Origin: Bacteroidales bacterium
Lineage (GTDB): Bacteria; Bacteroidota; Bacteroidia; Bacteroidales; VadinHA17
Length of the DNA: 57,323 bases
Assembly (NCBI GenBank): GCA_034002785.1
Contig: JAVEZX010000004.1
Span: forward strand, 1-57,323
Reading direction: 5' to 3'
The notes below the pieces were generated by a model. The model was not told the origin of the DNA and did not search any database. It saw only the letters and a program-made list of their open reading frames with translations. Position 1 is the first letter of the stretch. Each line of letters opens with the position of its first letter. The position numbers and the translations under genes are program-made. Shown piece after piece: positions 19,170 through 28,500 of this stretch.

Positions 19170-19882
19170 AGGCGATGATCTTTGCCGCAGGCCTTGGAAC
19201 AAGGCTTGGCGAGCTAACCCTGACAAAACCCAAGGCGCTGGCTGACATCAACGGCAGGACCATGCTTGAACTGACGGCAGAAAAGCTTGCCATAGCAGGA
19301 TTTAACGACCTGCTGGTAAATATCCACCATCACCCGGAGCAGATGCTTGAGGAGATTGACAGGCTCAGGAGCCGGGGTTATGTCATAACGGTCTCTGATG
19401 AGAGGGATGAGCTGCTTGATACGGCCGGAGGGCTGTACAGGGCAAGGGAATTCTTCGGCAGTGAACCTTTCCTCGCTCATAATGTCGATGAATTCACTGA
19501 CCTTGATCTTCCTGCGATGTACCGACAGCACGTGGAATCAGGGGCCCTGGCTACTCTTGCAGTAAGACACAGAGCCGGCAACAGGATGCTCCTGGTGGAT
19601 TCTGCAGGTCGTCTTCGCGGATGGCGCAACAACGCCACAAAAGAGGAGATCATAACAGTGGAGAACAGCAGAAAGCTTGAAGAAGTGGGCTTTTCCGGCA
19701 TTCAGGTACTTTCACCGGCAATCTTTGACCTGATGACAGAAGGGATCTACTCCCTTACATCACTCTATCTGATGCTGGCCAAAAATCACTCAATCATGAC
19801 CTGCCTGCATGACTACGGCTACTGGTTCGACTGCGGCACACCCCGAAACCTTGAAAAGATCAGGGCTCATCTCGGAAAGTAA
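19166..19882 (+). CDS. murU: sugar-1-phosphate nucleotidyltransferase, MurU-like (MurNAc-alpha-1-P uridylyltransferase candidate)
   Basis: N-terminal MKAMIFAAGLGTRLGELTLTKPKAL NTP-transferase box. An ATGA overlap joins it to the upstream kinase gene. Confidence 0.65.
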   Translation: MKAMIFAAGLGTRLGELTLTKPKALADINGRTMLELTAEKLAIAGFNDLLVNIHHHPEQMLEEIDRLRSRGYVITVSDERDELLDTAGGLYRAREFFGSEPFLAHNVDEFTDLDLPAMYRQHVESGALATLAVRHRAGNRMLLVDSAGRLRGWRNNATKEEIITVENSRKLEEVGFSGIQVLSPAIFDLMTEGIYSLTSLYLMLAKNHSIMTCLHDYGYWFDCGTPRNLEKIRAHLGK

Positions 19883-19897
19883 AGGGGCGAGCGTATA

Positions 19898-19921
19898 TAA
19901 AATGCCCGGGGGGCATTTTTA
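19898..19921 (+). terminator. intrinsic terminator after murU-like gene
   Basis: AATGCCC-GGG-GGGCATT hairpin followed by TTTTT. Confidence 0.65.
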
Positions 19922-19930
19922 GCGAGCAGC

Positions 19931-20029
19931 CAGACCGCCAGACTATAGGACTTTCAGACTCTCAGATTGAGACCCCTAGGGTCGAAACCCCGTACACGAA
20001 GTGTCGGGGCCCTCAGACTCTCAGACTGA
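19931..20029. repeat. period-8 tracts CAGACCGC CAGACTAT AGGACTTT CAGACTCT CAGATTGA ... CAGACTCT CAGACTGA flanking two short hairpins
   Basis: Read directly. CAGAC recurs at 19931, 19939, 19955, 19963 (CAGAT), 20014 and 20022. Central hairpins are GACCC-CTA-GGGTC and CCCCGtACAC-GAA-GTGTCGGGG. Confidence 0.8.
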
Positions 20030-20033
20030 GCTG

Positions 20034-20963
20034 TTACATCCACTTCATTCTCCTGAGAAGCAATACCCCGAGAAATGAAAGCAAAAGTGACCCGCCCAGG
20101 ATCAGCCAGAAGGCTAATGCGTTGTCTTCAAGCATATTAGGTACATTCATGCCGTAAAAGCTCGCGACAAGTGTCGGTACCATGAGGATTATAGTAATGA
20201 TTGTCAGGGATTTCATTACAATGCTCAGGTTATTCGATATCACTGAAGCGAAGGCGTCCATCATACCACTCTGTATATCACTGTAAATCTTTGCCATCTC
20301 AATTGCCTGACGGTTCTCGATTGTGGCCTCCTCAAGCAGGTCGGACGAGAACTCATAGTCACGGATCCATTTCGAATTCTTCAGCTTGAGCATCATCATC
20401 TCATTCGAGCGGAGCGAAGTGGTGAAGTACACAAGACACTTCTCCATCTTCAGCAGCCGGTGAAGCTCCTGGTTGCGGGTCGACTTCTCAAGGTCCTGCT
20501 CGATCATCGCCGTCTGGTTGTTGATCTGCTTCAGGTAACGGTGATAGAACATAGTGGTTCTCAGGAATAGATGGAGAATCAGATCGATCTTCGTCTCAAT
20601 TGTTATACCCTTGCCGCTGCGACTGAAAAAATCGTCCAGCACCTCGTTGTTCCTGTGACAGATGATAACAAGGCTGTTCTTGTCAAGCACGAGTCCGAGG
20701 GGAATTGTTGTAAAGGGAAACCCATTCGACTGGTTCTGGTATGGGATACGGTAGATCATCAGCAGCGTATCATCCTCAACCTCCATGCGAGATCGCTCGT
20801 CAACGTCAAGAATGTCAGCAAGAAAGTCCTCAGGAACTTTCAGGGTGGTTTTCAGGATCCCAAGCTCTGAAGGGGTGGGATCAGTGACGTTTACAATGCA
20901 ACCTTTTTCAAATGAGTTCAACGGTAGGAGACCGTTCGGAATCATCTGCCAGTAAGTAATCAT
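20034..20963 (-). CDS. corA: magnesium/cobalt transporter CorA
   Basis: C-terminal two TM segments with the YGMNV signature (SFYGMNVPNM). ATG 20963 (MITYWQM) is preferred over the upstream GTG. Confidence 0.9.
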   Translation of the reverse strand: MITYWQMIPNGLLPLNSFEKGCIVNVTDPTPSELGILKTTLKVPEDFLADILDVDERSRMEVEDDTLLMIYRIPYQNQSNGFPFTTIPLGLVLDKNSLVIICHRNNEVLDDFFSRSGKGITIETKIDLILHLFLRTTMFYHRYLKQINNQTAMIEQDLEKSTRNQELHRLLKMEKCLVYFTTSLRSNEMMMLKLKNSKWIRDYEFSSDLLEEATIENRQAIEMAKIYSDIQSGMMDAFASVISNNLSIVMKSLTIITIILMVPTLVASFYGMNVPNMLEDNALAFWLILGGSLLLSFLGVLLLRRMKWM

Positions 20964-21084
20964 TCTAGTACCTCCTCTTTTGTGTTCCACAGAGGTACCT
21001 TTTCAGTCTACCCCGGCAGAACTAAATTAATAAAACGGCTCGCGTGATAATCGTCCATAAAAGACAACTCTATTGATACGAGTG

Positions 21085-21092
21085 CAAAAATA
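21085..21092 (-). promoter_or_regulatory. possible -7 box TATTTTTG upstream of corA
   Basis: Exact TAnnTTTG on the - strand, but about 120 nt from the start, so the assignment is weak. Confidence 0.25.
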
Positions 21093-21143
21093 TAACTTTT
21101 ATACTAACGGCCTCTCAGGGCCGCAAAAAATGTCCAAAAAAAT

Positions 21144-21151
21144 TACCTTTG
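21144..21151 (+). promoter_or_regulatory. -7 promoter box TACCTTTG
   Basis: Exact TAnnTTTG match 23 nt upstream of ATG 21174. Confidence 0.45.
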
Positions 21152-21173
21152 CACAGAACCTAAATATAACGTG

Positions 21174-22370
21174 ATGGGAAAGGTACTTGTTGTAGGCGCC
21201 GGTGGCGTCGGCACCGTTGCAGTGACCAAAATGGCCGGGATGTCTGATGTGTTTGACAGCATATTGCTTGCAAGCCGCACCAAATCAAAATGCGACGCAA
21301 TAGCTGAAAGGATCGGAGGCAACAGGATTCAGACCGCACGGGTGGATGCAGACAATGTCCAGGAGATGACTGAACTTATCCGCTCCTTCGGGCCTGACCT
21401 GGTGGTCAATCTCGCACTGCCTTACCAGGATCTCAACATAATGGATGCATGCCTTGCAACAGGTGTAGCCTACCTTGACACTGCCAACTATGAGCCACCC
21501 GAAGAGGCAAAATACGAGTACTCCTGGCAGTGGGCCTATCATGACCGCTTTCGCGAAGCAGGACTGACAGCTATCCTCGGCTGCGGATTCGATCCCGGCG
21601 TCACGGGTGTATTCACGGCTCACGCCGCGAAGCACCACTTCAGCGAGATACAGTACCTCGATATCGTTGACTGCAATGCAGGAGACCACGGTAAACCTTT
21701 TGCCACCAACTTCAACCCGGAGATCAATATCCGCGAGGTGACGCAAAAGGGCAAATACTGGGATAACGGTCAGTGGGTTTACACCGAGCCTCATGAGATT
21801 CACAAGCCTCTGACATACCCGGGTATAGGAGCGAAGGAGTCATACCTGATCTATCATGAGGAGCTCGAATCACTTGTGAAAAACTTCCCCTCAATCAGGA
21901 GGGCACGCTTCTGGATGACCTTCGGTCAGGAATATCTTACTCACCTGCGCGTCATACAGAATATTGGTATGGCCCGCATTGACCCGGTGATGTACAACGG
22001 TGTTGAAATAATACCCATTCAGTTTCTGAAAGAGGTGCTCCCAAATCCCGGCGACCTGGGCGAGAACTACAAGGGATGGACCTCGATAGGATGTCGCATA
22101 AAAGGCATGGACAAAGAGGGCAGGGAGCGTACATACTACATCTGGAACAACTGCAACCATGAGGAGGCCTACCGCGAGACCGGTACCCAGGCGGTGAGCT
22201 ACACAACCGGAGTGCCTGCTGCAACCGGTGCCATGATGTACATGAAGGGCCTCTGGAAGAAACCAGGTGTTTGGAACGTTGAACAGTTTGATCCCGATCC
22301 GTTCCTCACCGAACTGGCCCGCCTCGGCCTGCCCTGGCATGAGAAGTTTGATATAGACCTCGAGCTCTGA
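21174..22370 (+). CDS. carboxynorspermidine/carboxyspermidine dehydrogenase (saccharopine dehydrogenase family)
   Basis: Rossmann N-terminus KVLVVGAGGVGTV, about 398 aa, immediately followed by nspC. Confidence 0.85.
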   Translation: MGKVLVVGAGGVGTVAVTKMAGMSDVFDSILLASRTKSKCDAIAERIGGNRIQTARVDADNVQEMTELIRSFGPDLVVNLALPYQDLNIMDACLATGVAYLDTANYEPPEEAKYEYSWQWAYHDRFREAGLTAILGCGFDPGVTGVFTAHAAKHHFSEIQYLDIVDCNAGDHGKPFATNFNPEINIREVTQKGKYWDNGQWVYTEPHEIHKPLTYPGIGAKESYLIYHEELESLVKNFPSIRRARFWMTFGQEYLTHLRVIQNIGMARIDPVMYNGVEIIPIQFLKEVLPNPGDLGENYKGWTSIGCRIKGMDKEGRERTYYIWNNCNHEEAYRETGTQAVSYTTGVPAATGAMMYMKGLWKKPGVWNVEQFDPDPFLTELARLGLPWHEKFDIDLEL

Positions 22371-22371
22371 T

Positions 22372-23508
22372 ATGATTGATTACCACAAAGTCCCCTCTCC
22401 GTGCTATGTGATTGACGAGGAGAGGCTTAGGCGGAACCTTGGCCTGATCAGGGATGTCGCACAGGCCTCAGGTGCAGAGATTATCCTTGCATTCAAGGGT
22501 TTCGCGATGTGGTCGGTTTTCCCTGTGGTGCGTGAATATGTTTCAGGAGCAGCCGCCAGCTCAATTCACGAGGCCAGGCTTTGCTATGAAGAAATGGGTG
22601 TGCCGGCACATACATATGCACCAGCCTTCCGCAGGGAAGAATTCGGTACTATAATGCGATACAGCTCTCACGTAACTTTCAACTCACTGGCACAGTACAG
22701 GAAATTTGCCCCTGTGCTTCAACGAGAGGGAAAGCATATCTCGCCGGGACTGCGCATTAACCCGGAGTACTCCGAGGTGGCCCACGGCATCTATAACCCC
22801 TGCTCCCCGGGTTCACGCCTGGGCGTCACCGCTGCTGAGCTGGCCGACGGATTGCCGGAAGGAGTGGAGGGACTCCATTTTCACGTCCTGTTCGAGTCGG
22901 ATTCCTATACCCTGGAGAAGGTGCTTGCAGTGGTTGAGGAAAAGTTCGGACACCTGCTGCCCAGACTTAAATGGCTGAATATGGGGGGCGGACACCTCAT
23001 GACACGCCGCGGTTATGATACCGCTCACCTTATTGGGCTGCTGAAGCGGTTCAAAGAGAAATACAATATTCATCTCATCCTTGAACCCGGCAGCGCCTTT
23101 GCCTGGGAGACCGGCGAACTGGTTGCCACCGTGGAGGATATAATCGTCCGTGACGGGATAAAAACCGCAATTCTCGATGTCTCTTTCACGGCACACATGC
23201 CTGACTGTCTCGAGATGCCCTATAAACCGGTAATAATGGGGGCCTTTGACCCGGTGCCTGGCAAACCCACCTACAGGATGGGTGGTAACTCATGTCTCTC
23301 GGGCGATTTCATGGGCGACTGGTCGTTCCACCGCGAGCTTGAGGTTGGTGACACGGTTGTCTTCTGGGACATGATCCACTACACAATGGTCAAGACCACA
23401 ACATTCAACGGGGTGCCTCATCCGCATATCGGTATATGGACTGCAGATCAGAAGTTCCGGCTTGTCAGGGAGTTCGGTTATACTGACTATCGCGACAGAC
23501 TCTCTTAG
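22372..23508 (+). CDS. nspC: carboxynorspermidine/carboxyspermidine decarboxylase
   Basis: 378 aa starting PSPCYVIDEERLRRNL, with a fold-type III PLP decarboxylase layout. It starts 1 nt after the dehydrogenase stop. Confidence 0.85.
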   Translation: MIDYHKVPSPCYVIDEERLRRNLGLIRDVAQASGAEIILAFKGFAMWSVFPVVREYVSGAAASSIHEARLCYEEMGVPAHTYAPAFRREEFGTIMRYSSHVTFNSLAQYRKFAPVLQREGKHISPGLRINPEYSEVAHGIYNPCSPGSRLGVTAAELADGLPEGVEGLHFHVLFESDSYTLEKVLAVVEEKFGHLLPRLKWLNMGGGHLMTRRGYDTAHLIGLLKRFKEKYNIHLILEPGSAFAWETGELVATVEDIIVRDGIKTAILDVSFTAHMPDCLEMPYKPVIMGAFDPVPGKPTYRMGGNSCLSGDFMGDWSFHRELEVGDTVVFWDMIHYTMVKTTTFNGVPHPHIGIWTADQKFRLVREFGYTDYRDRLS

Positions 23509-23512
23509 GCAG

Positions 23513-23622
23513 GCAGTAGGTATTATGCAATAGGCAATATTGTTGACAATGATATGCTTAGGATCAACCTGAGTGGCACTGATTTCACTACTGCCTATTG
23601 CCAATTGCCTATTGCCTAATAA
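23513..23622. repeat. period-7 tract pair: GCAGTAG GTATTAT GCAATAG GCAATAT (23513-23540) / 47-nt spacer / CTACTGC CTATTGC CAATTGC CTATTGC CTAATAA (23588-23622), inverted arms
   Basis: Read directly. GCARTAG is the reverse complement of CTAYTGC. The repeat begins a few nt after the nspC stop. Confidence 0.85.
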
Positions 23623-23648
23623 AAAAAACAGGCGGATCTCTCCGCCTG
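23620..23648 (-). terminator. intrinsic terminator for the small OMP gene
   Basis: CAGGCGGA-TCTC-TCCGCCTG hairpin with a 9-nt A-run on its left, which is a U-run in the - strand transcript. Confidence 0.7.
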
Positions 23649-23674
23649 CCTTATATTCTCTATTGTGTTCAGTC

Positions 23675-24181
23675 TTAGAACGCGTAGCCAATAGCCAGTG
23701 TGGCGCTTGGCATTATCCCGTCAATACTGCTCTCACTGTCCCCTCCTTTGGCAATTGTATACATTGGCCCGATACCCAGGTCAAGGACAAAACCACTTTC
23801 CCAGACCCACTGGTAACCCAGCTCGGCGCCGAAACCAACTGTGCTTGCACTATAGTTGCCTTCAGTGTCATCATTTACTTTTCCAAATGAAAACGCTACC
23901 TGCGGGTTAATGTAAAAACCACCGGGAACAGGTTTCTTTGCATGTGTAAAATAGTACCTGTAGCCCAGGCCTGCACCGGCAAGACTGACATCTATTCCAA
24001 GTAGCTTGTACATGTACTGTCCCCTGACAAGAAGGGAAGAGCTGGTGCCGAATACTCTCTCATAGGTGGCATTGAAGTTCCCGAAGGCAAGACCTAGAGG
24101 ATTGGTTTTGATTACATTGCTCTGTGCGTTCATTGTAAACGCGAAAGCAACAAACAGAAAGGAAAGGATCAGTTTTTTCAT
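23675..24181 (-). CDS. small outer-membrane beta-barrel protein
   Basis: Signal peptide MKKLILSFLFVAFAFTMNAQ, alternating beta-strand pattern and a C-terminal aromatic residue (..AIGYAF). Confidence 0.7.
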   Translation of the reverse strand: MKKLILSFLFVAFAFTMNAQSNVIKTNPLGLAFGNFNATYERVFGTSSSLLVRGQYMYKLLGIDVSLAGAGLGYRYYFTHAKKPVPGGFYINPQVAFSFGKVNDDTEGNYSASTVGFGAELGYQWVWESGFVLDLGIGPMYTIAKGGDSESSIDGIMPSATLAIGYAF

Positions 24182-24263
24182 GGTACTTGAATTTTGTTTA
24201 ACAACTACGAATAACTGCGGTATTATAACAATTATTGTTCCAGTATGTTTTCAGAAACCTGGT

Positions 24264-25463
24264 TCAATCAGCTATTGCTCCTGATCCCAGCAATTCATCA
24301 CCATCATACCAGGCGGCAAACTGCCCTGGCGTAATTCCCCTCTGATCCTTTTCAAAGATAATGTAATAACCGCTGTTGCGGTAAAAAATTCGTGCATTCT
24401 GCAGCGGCTGCCGGTAACGTATCCGTACCATCTGATCGCGGCTCTCACCGGCATTGAGGGCAAGGTCATTCCTGATCCAGTGCACATCCCCGGACCGGAT
24501 AAACAATCCCTTCCTGTAGAGGCCGGGATGCATCTGTCCTTCACCCACATACACCAGGTTAGCAGTGGTGTCGGTTCCTATTACAAACAGCGGCTCCTTA
24601 TATCCCCCCAGGTTTAAACCCTTGCGCTGGCCAACCGTATAAAAGTGAGCACCTGTGTGAACCCCTGCTGTAATACCGTCACCGGGATTCAGACTGTGAG
24701 GCTTTGCCATCAGCGCCAGTTCCTCATCCGTAACGCTCTCCGCCGGCAGACCTTCCGGCCATCTTTTAAACCCTTTGTCCGCAGGTACATAGATCACCCT
24801 TCCCTTGCGGGCCTCGAGCTTCTGCTGCAGAAATACAGGAAGGTCAACCTTACCCACAAAGCAAATACCCTGCGAATCCTTCCTTACTGCTGTGGCAAGA
24901 CCCAGGTCAGTTGCGATCTTCCGTACTTCCGGCTTTGTGAGCGCTCCGACAGGAAAAAGCACATTGTCCAGCTGCTCCTGGCTCACCTGGCAGAGAAAAT
25001 AACTCTGATCCTTGTTGTGGTCAACACCGGCAAGCAGCCTGTTGACCCTTCCACCGGCTGTAATTGCCTCCTCATTGCGGCAGTAATGCCCTGTTGCCAC
25101 ATACTCCGCACCATGTTTCTGCGCCTCACGCACGAATGAATCGAATTTGATCTCACGGTTGCACAGCACATCCGGATTTGGAGTGCGTCCCGCAGCATAT
25201 TCACTGAACATGTAATCAACCACTCTTGTGCGGTACTCTCCGCTCAGATCAACCGTACGCAGCCTTATTCCAAGCTTCCGGGCCACCATCTCTGCAAAGG
25301 TTATGTCTTCATCATACGGACAGTCGCCCTTCAGCAAACCACGGCTGTCATGCCAGTTGACCATGAAGAGACCCTCCACTTCGTAGCCCTGTTCCTTCAG
25401 CAGCCACGCAGCCACACTGGAGTCAACCCCGCCTGACAATCCGACAACAACCTTCTTTTTCAC
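24264..25463 (-). CDS. mnmA: tRNA 2-thiouridine(34) synthase MnmA
   Basis: PP-loop VVVGLSGGVDSSVAA with MnmA-like length and motifs. GTG 25463 (VKKKVVVGLSGG) is preferred, because the track N-terminal extension overlaps the divergent promoter region. The start is uncertain. Confidence 0.9.
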   Translation of the reverse strand: MKKKVVVGLSGGVDSSVAAWLLKEQGYEVEGLFMVNWHDSRGLLKGDCPYDEDITFAEMVARKLGIRLRTVDLSGEYRTRVVDYMFSEYAAGRTPNPDVLCNREIKFDSFVREAQKHGAEYVATGHYCRNEEAITAGGRVNRLLAGVDHNKDQSYFLCQVSQEQLDNVLFPVGALTKPEVRKIATDLGLATAVRKDSQGICFVGKVDLPVFLQQKLEARKGRVIYVPADKGFKRWPEGLPAESVTDEELALMAKPHSLNPGDGITAGVHTGAHFYTVGQRKGLNLGGYKEPLFVIGTDTTANLVYVGEGQMHPGLYRKGLFIRSGDVHWIRNDLALNAGESRDQMVRIRYRQPLQNARIFYRNSGYYIIFEKDQRGITPGQFAAWYDGDELLGSGAIAD

Positions 25464-25553
25464 GGTGCAAAGGTAAGTCTTTAACTCAATATGTTGAAAA
25501 CTACTTCGTGCACCTTCAGTGTGATGGTACTTTTTTTTATTAATTTTCAAAAG

Positions 25554-28500
25554 ATGAATACAGCGGGTAAGTTGTTGAAATACAGTGCATCGGCAGGGTC
25601 AGGCAAGACCCATGCCCTTACTGCCTTCTACCTCTCACGGATTCTTCATGACCCTGGAGCTTACCGGCGCATACTTGCCGTCACCTTTACAAATGCCGCC
25701 GCGGCTGAGATGAAGAGCCGCATTCTGAAGCGATTGCACCTTCTTGGCCTGAATGGAGAAAAGGGTGATGATGAGAGAGGGGAGTTCACTGAATATCTCT
25801 GCCGGTTCTTTCCCGAAGTATGGCCTGACAGGCAGGCAGCCCTTCTGACTGTCAAAAAAAATGCCCCCGTGGCACTCGGCAATATCCTTCAGGACTACTC
25901 CCGCTTCACAGTAGGAACAATTGACTCATTCTTCCAGCGGGTTATCAGGGCCTTCGCACGCGAAATAGACATTCCGGCAGGGTACGAGATAGAGCTTGAG
26001 CACCAGACACTACTGTCTGACGCCGTGGACAGCCTCCTGTCACAAGTGGCAACTGACGGCAAACTGCGGGGCTGGATCTCGTCATATGTGGCTTCACGCC
26101 TCGATGAAAGCAAGGGATGGGACATCAGGCGCGAGATACTCCATGTGGCAGACCAGGTATTCAGGGAAAATTTCAGACAGCTCAGCACTGAAGACCGGAA
26201 GAAAATCAGCGATTACACAATCATGGCCAATTACGCCTCAACAGTTCATGCAATCAGACAACGGTTTGAAAATGAACTGAAAAGGATGGCCGGTGAGGCG
26301 GTAACCATTTACTCTGAGTGCGGACTTACCCCGGAAGACTTCCTGTCAAAAACAAAGGGCGGCGTTGGCGAGACGCTTAGAAAATACTCGCAGGGCGATG
26401 TCCGAAAGCCTGGTGCAACCTGGATGAAGGCTGCCGCAGAGGGAAAATACCTCGCAGCCTCCGCCGGCAAGGAAATTGTAACGGCATTCTCCGTGGCGAT
26501 GAGCAGGGGACTGGGCGAGCGGGTGACTGCCATCACGGAATGGTTTGACCGGGAGTACGGCCTTTACGTCTCAGCCCTTGCACAGATGAGGACAATACAC
26601 GTGATTGGCATCCTGGGAGCCATCAGCGAAAGGGTAAGGGAACAGGCGAACGAGCAGAACATCTTCCTCCTCTCTGATGCGGGAGAACTTATAAGCAGGC
26701 TTATTGCTGATGATGATACACCCTTTATTTACGAGAAGATCGGGGCGGCATATGACCATTTTATAATTGACGAATTCCAGGATACCTCACGCATTCAGTG
26801 GAACAACTTCAGGCCACTGATTGCCGAGACACTGTCGCGAGGCAAGGACAACCTCGTTGTTGGCGATGTCAAGCAGTCGATCTACAGATGGCGCAACAGC
26901 GACTGGCGCATCATTCACAGCGAGGCGGCCGCAGCCTTTGGACAGGAGTCGGTGAGACCGGTACATCTGAGTACAAACTACCGCAGCCGCGGGAATATAA
27001 TCGCCTTTAACAACAGCATCTTTGGCCGGGAGTCAATCCCTTCGCTCTGCGATGAGAAGCTGAATTTTGATATGCTGAAGCTGGGAGATGTCTACTCGGA
27101 TTCAGGGCAGGAGGGTACCGAGGGTAAGAAGGGGGGACTGGTGCGTGTAACCCTTTACCCCAAAAGTGAGGATGAGGGATGGAAGGAGAGGGTTCTGAAT
27201 GATCTTCCCGCGGTGATTGAGCAGATTCAGGATCACGGTTACGGAGCTGATGAGATACTTTTTCTGTGCCGCACAAATGAGGAGGGAAAGCAGATTATCA
27301 GCCGGATACTGGAGTACAGTGCAACATGTACACCTGAACAGCGTGAGCATTTCAATTATGAGATCACCTCCGGCGAGTCACTGCTGCTTGAGCGCAATCC
27401 CGCCGTCACCCTCATAATTTCCTGCCTGAGGTATCTCACTGATCCTGCAAGCCGCATCAACAGAAGCCAGATGGTGCGCTCATATATCCTTGCCACCGGA
27501 GGCGACGAGCGTCTGCTCTACAGCGGTGACGCCCCCGTGCCACAGGCAGAGTCAATGACTGCGGATACCCCGGTCCGCACCGAAGCAACCCTCCCTCAAG
27601 GCTGGGAACAGATGCTGGAGTCATACCGCAACAGCTCACTCTTCAGTGCAACCGAGAACATTATACGCTTCTTCGGCCTTGGCGAAAACAGCGAGAACAT
27701 AGCATATATAAGCTCCTTCCAGGATGCAGTGCTGACATGGTCAGGAAGACACAGCTCCGATATCTCCGCCTTTGTCCGGTGGTGGGATGATGACGGATGC
27801 ACCAGCACACTCAATCAGTCCGACAGGCAGGAGGCGATGCGGGTGATGACAATACACAGGGCCAAGGGGCTGCAGAGCCGGGTGGTGATAGTCCCCTTTG
27901 CGGCGTGGGATTTTACAAAGTCCGGCTTCAACAGGCAACTGTTGTGGGTAACCGATGTGCCACCCCCGTTTGCCCCCATGCCTGTTGTCCTGCCTGAGAT
28001 GAGCAGCAAGCTGGATGAATCTCTCTTTGCCGTCCAGGCCAGGATGGAGAAGGTGTCCGACTGGCTAGACGGTATCAACCTGCTCTACGTGGCTTTTACC
28101 AGGGCCGTGGATGCACTCTTCATTATGTCTCCGGAGGTGCAGGGTACCACGGGCAGTGGCGCCAACTCCGGCGCCCTCCTCAACCAGGCTCTTGCGAAAC
28201 TGCCGGCGAATTTCACAAGGAGGGAGACGGACTCCATGACTGTAGTTGCGTGCGGCGAGCTACCTCCTGTGGTGCGTGAAGAGCATGAACAACCACTTGA
28301 GATGAACCGCTATACAGTCAGCGAGCCGCGAGCTGCCCTCAGGCTGAGAACGGGCGGCGCCCTCCCGCAGGATGAACTGAAACTCGGCGAACCCGGCGGC
28401 CGGGCATACGGCATCATGATGCATGATCTCCTCAGCCGCATAATTACAACTGCCGATATTGAACCGGCCGTGGAGCGTGCCTGTGCCGGAGGCCTCCTTC

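Noticed and set aside
20964-21084. Mg-sensing riboswitch (M-box) or SD-sequestering hairpin in the corA leader (CCTCTTTTGTGTTCCACAGAGG around 20971-20995).
   Set aside because: The leader is too short, and I could not recognise M-box conserved elements. The hairpin is small, and Shine-Dalgarno pairing is not generally used in this phylum. Noted only as a minor structure.
25464-25550. N-terminal extension of mnmA to the TTG at 25550 (428-aa version in the ORF track).
   Set aside because: The extension (MKINKKKYHHTEGARSSFQHIELKTYLCT) precedes the universally N-terminal PP-loop and overlaps the divergent AddA-like upstream region. GTG 25463 gives a canonical MnmA N-terminus.
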